A stretch of DNA of 64,000 bases from NCBI GenBank assembly GCA_019075925.1, contig JAGXAC010000001.1, forward strand, positions 2,205-66,204, read 5' to 3'. A model generated the notes under the pieces. The model searched no databases, was not told where the DNA came from, and saw only the letters and a program-made list of their open reading frames with translations. How positions within the stretch are numbered: position 1 is the first letter of the stretch; every line of letters begins with the position of its first letter. Shown piece by piece: positions 57,118-64,000 of the stretch. The position numbers and the translations under genes were made by a program. The DNA comes from Hyphomicrobiales bacterium. Its GTDB lineage: Bacteria > Pseudomonadota > Alphaproteobacteria > Rhizobiales > Xanthobacteraceae.

Positions 57118-58316
57118 CGTTTATCCCGCCTGACCGTGTCTTTTCTCAGCCAATTGCCGAGCCGCTCGACCGCTTCGCGCACATCTGCGCGCGCGCCGGC
57201 ATAACATAGCCGTACGAAATTCTTACCCCGTAAAGGATCGAAGTCGACGCCGGGTGTAATCGCCACGCCCGTTTCCTCCAGCAATTGCTTTGTGAACGCC
57301 ACGCTGTCGTCGGAAAATCGCGATACGTCCACATACAAATAGAACGCGCCATCAGCCGGCAAAAACAAATCCAATCCTATGCGCGGCAATTCTTCCAGCA
57401 ACATTTGCCGGTTTCCTTCGTAGCCAAGCCGAACGTTCTCCAGTTCGGCCCGCCCGTCGAACGCCGCTTCGGCCGCGATTTGCGACAATGTCGGCACTGA
57501 GATCGCCAAATTTTGCTGCAGTCGTTCGATCGCCCGCACCAGGGGCGGCGGCACAACCATCCAGCCGATGCGCCATCCGGTCATGCAGAAGTATTTGGAA
57601 AAGGAATTGACGACCACCGTGTCGTCGGAAATGCGCGCTGCCGTTTCCGCGGCAAATGCGTAGTCCAGCCCATGATAAATTTCATCGGAGATGACAACGA
57701 TGCCAGCGTCCTCGGCGCAACGGACGACATCGGCAAGCGCCGACGCGGTCATCATTGTGCCGCTCGGGTTGTTGGGCGAGGCAAGGATCGCGCCCTTGAG
57801 CGGCTTCTCGCGATGATGCGCAAGCAAGGCCTCGCCGGTGATCGACCATCGCGACGCGGCATCGGTTTCTATTCCTACCGGCTGGCCGCCGAGGGCTGAG
57901 AGGATGTGGCGATATGGCGGGTAGCCCGGCAGCGGCACCGCCACCCGATCTCCCGCCTCGAAGGCGCCAAGGAAGGCCAGAATGAACCCTGCCGACGAGC
58001 CGGTGGTGACGACAATCCGCGCCGGGTCGATATCGAGTCCATGCCACTCGGCGTAGGCGCGCGCGATGCGCCGGCGCAATGACGGGACCCCGAGCGTCTC
58101 GGTGTAGCGAAGCGGCGATGTCAGCGCCGCGCGGGCGGCGGCAATCGCAGTCGCTGCCGTGCCCGCCACCGGTTGCCCGACTTCCATATGAATGATGCGG
58201 CGGCCCTGTGCCTCGAGCCGAGCCGCGGCGGCGACCACGTCCATGACCATGAATGCAGGCACGGCGCTCCGCGCAGAAGGTTGCAAGAGTTGTTTCGCCC
58301 TCTCAAGCATGCCCAT
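57114..58316 (-). CDS. PLP-dependent aminotransferase, class I/II
   Basis: 400 aa with the PLP-lysine context SFSKYFCMTGWRIGW. Confidence 0.87.
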   Translation of the reverse strand: MGMLERAKQLLQPSARSAVPAFMVMDVVAAAARLEAQGRRIIHMEVGQPVAGTAATAIAAARAALTSPLRYTETLGVPSLRRRIARAYAEWHGLDIDPARIVVTTGSSAGFILAFLGAFEAGDRVAVPLPGYPPYRHILSALGGQPVGIETDAASRWSITGEALLAHHREKPLKGAILASPNNPSGTMMTASALADVVRCAEDAGIVVISDEIYHGLDYAFAAETAARISDDTVVVNSFSKYFCMTGWRIGWMVVPPPLVRAIERLQQNLAISVPTLSQIAAEAAFDGRAELENVRLGYEGNRQMLLEELPRIGLDLFLPADGAFYLYVDVSRFSDDSVAFTKQLLEETGVAITPGVDFDPLRGKNFVRLCYAGARADVREAVERLGNWLRKDTVRRDKR

Positions 58317-58479
58317 TCCTCGGCGTCTCGCTGACCCAACAACGCCGCCCCGGTGCTGCCGTATTCACGAGGTTTTGTAGCGTGTTAGTGGGTCGTCGTT
58401 TCGCGACTTCGTGTTGACCCTTGCCGGTTCCGCTCATAGCTTGGCCCTTCGCACCGAGGGACCATTCGATTTGTCCGAG

Positions 58480-59907
58480 ATGATGGCCGCCAAATCTCCT
58501 AGCAAGGCGCTTCCGGCGAGACCAGCGTCCCGCATTGTCGCGTTTGCGGTGGCCGCGGCGATTGCGATGCCGAGCGTGCCGGCGCGCGCGCAGACCGGGT
58601 CCTCGGCCGGCATCCCGATGATTCGCGACGCGGAAATCGAGCAACTGATGCGCGATTACACGGCGCCGCTTTTGCGTGCCGCCGGGCTGAGCCATCAGAA
58701 TGTGCAGGTGGTGATCATCAATCAGAACGTGTTCAACGCGTTCGTGATGGATGCGCACCGCATCTTCGTCTTTACCGGAGCGTTGAAGCAATCGACCACG
58801 CCGAATCAGCTTATTGGCGTGTTCGCGCACGAAATGGGCCACATCGTCGGCGGCCATCTTTCCAAGATGCGCCAGGAGATGGCCAACGCGCAGACGGTTG
58901 CGATCATTGCCATGTTGCTTGGTGTCGGCGCCGTGGCCGCCGGCGCGAAGTCCGGCAATATGGACATGGGCAACGTCGGCGCCGCCGCGCTGAGCGCGCC
59001 GCAGTCCGCCATCATTCACTCGCTTCTGGCCTACCAACGCGCGCAAGAGGAGCAAGCCGATCGCGCCGGCGTCCGCTTCCTCACCATGACGCACCAGTCG
59101 GCCAAAGGCATGTATGAGACCTTCAAGCGCTTCGCCGATGAGACGATGTTCTCGGCCGCTTATATCGATCCATACGTGCAAAACCATCCGATGCCGGCAG
59201 AGCGCATGGCCGCGCTGGCCGAACTCGTGAAAACTCCGTATTGGGACAAGAAAGACCCGCCCGAGCTGCAGTTTCGTCACGACATGATGCGCGCCAAGCT
59301 TTTCGGCTTCACCGAGCGAGCCGAATTGGTATTGCGCCGCTATCCGTTATCGAACACCAGCATGCCGGCACGTTATGCGCGCGCCATAGCGACCTATCGC
59401 TTCGGCGATCTGCGTTCCGCGATCGCACAGATCGACAGCATGATCGCAGCCATGCCGGACTACCCTTATTTTTATGAGCTTAAGGGTCAGGCGCTTCTTG
59501 AGAATGGCCATCCGGCGGAAGCGATCGCACCGCTGCGCCGAGCCGTTCAGCTCGCGCCTACCCCGGCATTGATCCAGATTCTGCTCGGCCAGGCGTTGAT
59601 CGCCACCAACAATCTGCAGATGACCAAAGAAGCAATACCGTTGCTGCGCGCGGCCGTAGCAAAAGAACCCGAATCCGGCGATGCCTACGAGCAGCTGGGC
59701 ATGGCGTACGGGCACATCGGTGACCTCGCCGACGCCGATCTGGCGTCCGCCCAAGCCGCCTTTGCACGTGGCGACAACAAGACCGCGCGTGAACTGGCGG
59801 CGCGTGCCAAGATGAGATTTCCGGTCGGGTCACCGGGCTGGGTGAGAGCTGACGACATCGTGGCTTTTAACAAGGGCAAGCAAAGTCCCCTTCGTATCGG
59901 ACAATAA
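58480..59907 (+). CDS. M48 family metalloprotease with C-terminal TPR repeats
   Basis: HEMGHIVGGH zinc motif and signal peptide MMAAKSPSK...AMPSVPARAQ. The ORF track start GTG 58411 is an alternative. Confidence 0.85.
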   Translation: MMAAKSPSKALPARPASRIVAFAVAAAIAMPSVPARAQTGSSAGIPMIRDAEIEQLMRDYTAPLLRAAGLSHQNVQVVIINQNVFNAFVMDAHRIFVFTGALKQSTTPNQLIGVFAHEMGHIVGGHLSKMRQEMANAQTVAIIAMLLGVGAVAAGAKSGNMDMGNVGAAALSAPQSAIIHSLLAYQRAQEEQADRAGVRFLTMTHQSAKGMYETFKRFADETMFSAAYIDPYVQNHPMPAERMAALAELVKTPYWDKKDPPELQFRHDMMRAKLFGFTERAELVLRRYPLSNTSMPARYARAIATYRFGDLRSAIAQIDSMIAAMPDYPYFYELKGQALLENGHPAEAIAPLRRAVQLAPTPALIQILLGQALIATNNLQMTKEAIPLLRAAVAKEPESGDAYEQLGMAYGHIGDLADADLASAQAAFARGDNKTARELAARAKMRFPVGSPGWVRADDIVAFNKGKQSPLRIGQ

Positions 59908-59926
59908 GTGGAAAAGGACCATTGCA

Positions 59927-60682
59927 ATGAAGCTTAGTTCACGCGCGACAGTCGTGGCGCTGACGGCGATATTCCTGGCTTTGCCGGCACTGGCCGCGCG
60001 AGCACAGACTTTCTCGGCCGACCAGCGCGAGCAAATTGGCAACATCGTAAAAGACTATCTGCTGGCTCACCCTGAAGTCATGCAGGACGTGATGGCCGAG
60101 TTGGAGAAGCGCCAACAGGCGGCCGAAGCCGAGAAGCATCGCAACGCGGTCGCGCAAAACAAGGCGACCTTGTTCAGCTCACCGCATCAGGTTGTTTTGG
60201 GCAATCCCCACGGCAACGTCACAATGGTTGAGTTCTTTGACTACAACTGCGGCTACTGCAAGCATGCGTTGCCGGACATGCTCACGCTGATAAAGACAAA
60301 CCCAAACCTCAAATTCGTTCTTAAAGAATTTCCCGTGCTGGGCGAAGGTTCCGTCGAAGCGGCCCGTGTCGCCGTCGCGGCCCGCATGCAGGACTCGACC
60401 GGTAAGAAATATCTTGAATTTCACCAGAAGCTGCTCCGCGGCCGCGGCCCCGCCGACAAGATGCGCGCACTTGCCGTTGCCAAAGACGTGGGCTTCGACA
60501 TGGCACGTATCGAGAAGGATATGGGCAGCGATGAGGTAAAGAAGACGATCGACGAGGATTTGAAACTTGCCGACGCGCTCGGAGTGAATGGAACACCGAG
60601 CTATGTGGTCGGCGATGAGGTCGTCGTCGGCGCCGTTGGCCTCGATGCGTTGCGCGAGAAGCTGAAGGCTGAGCAGAAATAA
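59927..60682 (+). CDS. DsbA-family thiol:disulfide oxidoreductase
   Basis: Signal peptide and the thioredoxin CXXC motif FFDYNCGYCKH. Confidence 0.85.
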   Translation: MKLSSRATVVALTAIFLALPALAARAQTFSADQREQIGNIVKDYLLAHPEVMQDVMAELEKRQQAAEAEKHRNAVAQNKATLFSSPHQVVLGNPHGNVTMVEFFDYNCGYCKHALPDMLTLIKTNPNLKFVLKEFPVLGEGSVEAARVAVAARMQDSTGKKYLEFHQKLLRGRGPADKMRALAVAKDVGFDMARIEKDMGSDEVKKTIDEDLKLADALGVNGTPSYVVGDEVVVGAVGLDALREKLKAEQK

Positions 60683-60826
60683 TCGCGGCGCGGAGGCCGT
60701 AACCGGCATTCGCGCGCCGACGCGGCTTTTGAGCCGCGGGCCGAGGCTTCCCCTTTACGGGTGGCTTCCCTATAACGGGGCCTCACCCCGCCTCGTGCCG
60801 AGGGGCAGCCTGGATCCAGCGCGCGA

Positions 60827-61288
60827 ATGCCGAAAACCGTCTATGTCCTGAACGGACCGAACCTCAATCTGCTCGGTACCCGCGAGCCGGAAATTTACGG
60901 ACATGCGACGCTCGCCGACGTCGAGAAGCTTTGCCGAGTTACGGCGCGTCAGCACGGAATGTCGGTCGAATTTCGCCAATCGAACCATGAGGGTCAGATC
61001 ATCGATTGGATTCAAGAAGCGGGGGCCAGGAAGGCGGACGGCCTCATCATCAACCCGGCCGGATACACCCACACGTCGATCGCGATCCTGGATGCGTTAC
61101 TGGCGTTCAAAGCGCCGATCATTGAAGTGCACATTAGCGACATCAACGCGCGGGAGCCGTTCCGGCGTCATTCTTACGTTTCGCAAGCCGCCCGAGCGGT
61201 CATCAGCGGACAAGGCATCGACGGGTATGCGCGCGCCATCGGCGATCTGGCGGCGATGATCGACGCTGAAGTTCGCGCGAAAGTCTGA
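60827..61288 (+). CDS. aroQ: Type II 3-dehydroquinate dehydratase
   Basis: 153 aa: [21 protein letters not shown]...[10 protein letters not shown]...EVHISD. Confidence 0.93.
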   Translation: MPKTVYVLNGPNLNLLGTREPEIYGHATLADVEKLCRVTARQHGMSVEFRQSNHEGQIIDWIQEAGARKADGLIINPAGYTHTSIAILDALLAFKAPIIEVHISDINAREPFRRHSYVSQAARAVISGQGIDGYARAIGDLAAMIDAEVRAKV

Positions 61289-61317
61289 TCGTGCCGCGCA
61301 AGCCGGGGAACCACACG

Positions 61318-61773
61318 ATGCCTAAGACGCCCGCGATCGATCACGACGCAATTCGCGATCTGGCGAAGCTGCTTGATGAGACCGGCCTTTCCGAGATCGA
61401 GATTGAGCGGGATGGCGTGTCGATACGGGTTGCTCGCAATTTCAGTGCGCCGGCATCGCGGACCCGTTCGTCCGAATCCGTTATTGCGCCGGTGCCCATT
61501 ACCCTCGCGACGCCGGCCGCCGTCGAACCGTTGCAACATCCCGGGCTGGTCGCTTCACCGATGGTCGGCACCGCTTATCTCGGCCCGTCACCGGGTGCGC
61601 GGCCCTTCGTCGAGATCGGCATGCAGGTCAAAGCGGGAGATACCCTGATCATCATCGAAGCGATGAAAACGATGAATCAGGTTCCCGCCCCCCGTTCCGG
61701 CAGTGTCACCCAGATCCTGGTCGAAGACGGTCAACCGGTCGAGTACGGCGAACCGCTGATGATTGTCGAGTGA
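61318..61773 (+). CDS. accB: Acetyl-CoA carboxylase biotin carboxyl carrier protein
   Basis: Biotinyl-lysine motif [11 protein letters not shown]. The ATG at 61318 is preferred over GTG 61291. Confidence 0.9.
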   Translation: MPKTPAIDHDAIRDLAKLLDETGLSEIEIERDGVSIRVARNFSAPASRTRSSESVIAPVPITLATPAAVEPLQHPGLVASPMVGTAYLGPSPGARPFVEIGMQVKAGDTLIIIEAMKTMNQVPAPRSGSVTQILVEDGQPVEYGEPLMIVE

Positions 61774-61805
61774 CGGCGTGACTTCGCTCCAAAAGCGGCG
61801 GCCGC

Positions 61806-63158
61806 ATGTTCGATAAAATTCTGATCGCAAATCGGGGAGAAATCGCTCTGCGCGTGTTACGCGCGTGCAAAGAGCTCGGTATCCCGACGGTGGCCGTTCA
61901 TTCGACGGCTGACGAGGATGCCATGCATGTTCGGCTCGCCGACGAAAGCGTCTGCATCGGACCGCCGCCCGCCAAAGACAGTTACCTCAACATCCCAGCC
62001 TTGCTCGCGGCGTGCGAAATCACCGGCGCCGACGCGGTGCATCCGGGTTACGGATTTCTCGCCGAGAATGCCCGCTTCGCCGAAATTCTTGCCGAACACA
62101 ATGTGCAGTTCATCGGACCGCGCCCTGATCACATCAGGCTGATGGGCGACAAGATCGCAGCCAAACACACTGCCAGGGAACTCGGTATTCCGACCGTGCC
62201 GGGGTCCGACGGCGGGATTGGATCGGACGCCGAAGCGGTGCGATTGGCGCGCGACATCGGCTTTCCGGTCATCCTCAAGGCAGCCGCCGGCGGAGGCGGC
62301 CGCGGCATGAAGGTCGTTCGTGCGGAGAGTGAACTCGCAAACGCCCTCGCTACCTGCCGCTCGGAGGCCAAAGCGTCGTTCGGCGACGACACTGTCTATC
62401 TCGAGAAATATCTCGAACGCCCCCGGCATATTGAAATTCAGGTTCTCGGCGACGGCAAGGGCCGCGCCATCCATCTCGGCGAACGCGACTGCTCGCTGCA
62501 GCGTCGTCATCAGAAAGTCTGGGAAGAGAGCCCCTCGCCCGCTCTCAACGCGGCTACCCGCGACCAGATCTGTGAGACTGTCGCGCGCGCCATGCGCGAC
62601 ATCAAATATCTTGGAGTCGGCACCGTCGAATTCCTCTTTGAGGACGGCAAATTCAATTTTATCGAGATGAATACCCGTATTCAGGTCGAACATCCCGTCA
62701 CCGAGATGGTCACCGATATTGATCTCGTCGTGGAGCAAATCCGGGTCGCGGGAGGAAATGATCTTTCGCTGGCACAAGGCGATGTGAGCTTTCACGGTCA
62801 CGCCATTGAATGTCGCATCAATGCGGAAAATCCGGTCTCGTTCCGGGCGTCGCCCGGTAAAATCGTCCACTATCATCCGCCCGGCGGCCTGGGGGTGCGG
62901 ATCGATTCAGCCGTCTACCACAACTACGTCATCCCGCCATTTTATGATTCGCTGGTCGGCAAGCTCATTGTCCATGGCAAGACGCGCGTCGAATGCCTGA
63001 TGCGTTTGAAGCGCGCGCTCGACGAGTTCGTGATCGATGGAATTGAAACGACGTTACCGCTGTTCCGCGCATTGGCGCAGGAAGCGGCAATCATCGATGG
63101 GGATTATCACATCCACTGGTTGGAAGAATTTCTCGCCCGCGGCGCCGTCGAGCAATAG
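61806..63158 (+). CDS. accC: Acetyl-CoA carboxylase biotin carboxylase subunit
   Basis: 450 aa: MFDKILIANRGEIALRVLRACKELGI..., ATP-grasp motifs, EMNTRIQVEHPVTE. Confidence 0.94.
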   Translation: MFDKILIANRGEIALRVLRACKELGIPTVAVHSTADEDAMHVRLADESVCIGPPPAKDSYLNIPALLAACEITGADAVHPGYGFLAENARFAEILAEHNVQFIGPRPDHIRLMGDKIAAKHTARELGIPTVPGSDGGIGSDAEAVRLARDIGFPVILKAAAGGGGRGMKVVRAESELANALATCRSEAKASFGDDTVYLEKYLERPRHIEIQVLGDGKGRAIHLGERDCSLQRRHQKVWEESPSPALNAATRDQICETVARAMRDIKYLGVGTVEFLFEDGKFNFIEMNTRIQVEHPVTEMVTDIDLVVEQIRVAGGNDLSLAQGDVSFHGHAIECRINAENPVSFRASPGKIVHYHPPGGLGVRIDSAVYHNYVIPPFYDSLVGKLIVHGKTRVECLMRLKRALDEFVIDGIETTLPLFRALAQEAAIIDGDYHIHWLEEFLARGAVEQ

Positions 63159-63167
63159 CGCCTGCCC

Positions 63168-63614
63168 TCAAACCGGTAGGTTCTGCGCGGCGTCCCGCAC
63201 TACATTGGCGAGCAACCGGCCCACCATTTCCGGGACATAAGGTTTTGCCACAAACAGCGAGCCGGAAACCCGCAGCCGCGAGTCGAGGTTGTTGACCCGA
63301 CCGGACGCATAGACCACCGGCAAATCGGGCAGCATCTCGCGTGCCTGTCGTGCCAGCGTAGTGCCGTCGACGCCACCGGGGAGATTGACGTCGGTGAACA
63401 GAACGTCGACCGCCCACGATCTAAGAAGCTGCAGCGCATCGGCGGCATTGGTGACGGCGCGCACCGCGAAGCCTTGGTCGGACAGGGATTCCACGACCCA
63501 CTCGCTGATGAAAAATTCATCCTCGACGAGCAGCACCCGAATTGGACGGAGCTCGTTGGCGGTCGTTTCGATTACGGCGGTTTCCAAGCCGGGCATTGCT
63601 GGCCTAATGCGCAC
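63168..63614 (-). CDS. Single-domain response regulator (receiver only)
   Basis: IRVLLVEDEFFI...VLFTDVNLPGG...VAKPY. The start is either GTG 63614 or ATG 63596. Confidence 0.82.
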   Translation of the reverse strand: MRIRPAMPGLETAVIETTANELRPIRVLLVEDEFFISEWVVESLSDQGFAVRAVTNAADALQLLRSWAVDVLFTDVNLPGGVDGTTLARQAREMLPDLPVVYASGRVNNLDSRLRVSGSLFVAKPYVPEMVGRLLANVVRDAAQNLPV

Positions 63615-63726
63615 GAAGAAAATGCGTTCAAGCTGGCGAAAATCTTAGCGAAAATGTAGTTTACGGGTGGTTAAACTCTCCGACTTTCCCTTGAAAGTAT
63701 CGGCTACCGGCGATTAAACCGAACCC

Positions 63727-64000
63727 ATGGCCAGCCGTGAATCCGCCCTTGTCGAGATCACCCCGGAAGTGCTGCTAAAGGCTTACGCATGCGGCATCTT
63801 TCCGATGGCGGAAAGTGCCGACGACCCCGCTCTCTATTGGATTGAGCCGGAACGACGCGGGATCATTCCCCTGGACCGGTTCCATGTGCCCGAACGCCTC
63901 GCCCGCACGGTACGATCCGACCCCTTCACGGTCATGGTCGATCGCAATTTCGATGCGGTGATCGACGGTTGTTCGGAGTCCATGCCCGGGCGTACCCGCA
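63727..64000 (+). CDS. aat: Leucyl/phenylalanyl-tRNA--protein transferase (5' part, runs off the window)
   Basis: My own translation from ATG 63727: [50 protein letters not shown]... It sits downstream of accBC, as in other Rhizobiales. Confidence 0.85.
   Translation, partial: MASRESALVEITPEVLLKAYACGIFPMAESADDPALYWIEPERRGIIPLDRFHVPERLARTVRSDPFTVMVDRNFDAVIDGCSESMPGRTR

Noticed and set aside
60685-60826. Several short GC stem-loops and an approximate direct repeat (GGCTTCCCCTTTACGGG / GGCTTCCCTATAACGGGG) between dsbA and aroQ.
   Set aside because: The stems are short, no T-run follows them, and the repeat is imperfect. This is not enough to call a terminator, riboswitch or sRNA without comparative or expression data.

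Overview
High-GC (~60%) chromosomal segment with the gene content and gene order of an alphaproteobacterium, order Hyphomicrobiales/Rhizobiales. Markers are MucR/Ros, DUF1491, DUF2336, DUF1236, DUF5330, a cycHJKL-type ccmI-E-F-H cluster followed by degP, and PleC/DivJ-type kinases. About 68 protein-coding genes are supported, and most are housekeeping: pepN, glnE, ccmIEFH, degP, a class A PBP, sodB, mccB-like, aroQ-accB-accC and aat. I found no rRNA, tRNA, CRISPR array, transposase, integrase or phage gene, so nothing looks like a recent mobile island. Start codons are often ambiguous because the ORF track also uses GTG/TTG; where an internal ATG gives a typical N-terminus I used it and said so. 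The parts I consider most worth follow-up are listed here. (1) A translationally coupled trio: a membrane-anchored triple Ig-like-repeat protein plus an ABC-2 ATPase and permease. (2) A four-gene module (acyl-CoA synthetase, DUF1326, DUF2182, family III CoA-transferase) sitting between a response regulator and the kinase that is probably its partner. (3) A DivJ-like kinase whose stop overlaps the start of a membrane-anchored peptidoglycan-binding protein. (4) A dense GANTC cluster upstream of a PleC-like kinase. (5) A split Irr/ICE-like palindrome with an embedded GC hairpin upstream of Fe-SOD. (6) A class A PBP coupled to DUF1214/DUF1254. (7) An unlisted 53-aa tail-anchored ORF. None of these is proven novel from sequence alone, and every family assignment rests on motif recognition by eye, not on database searches.
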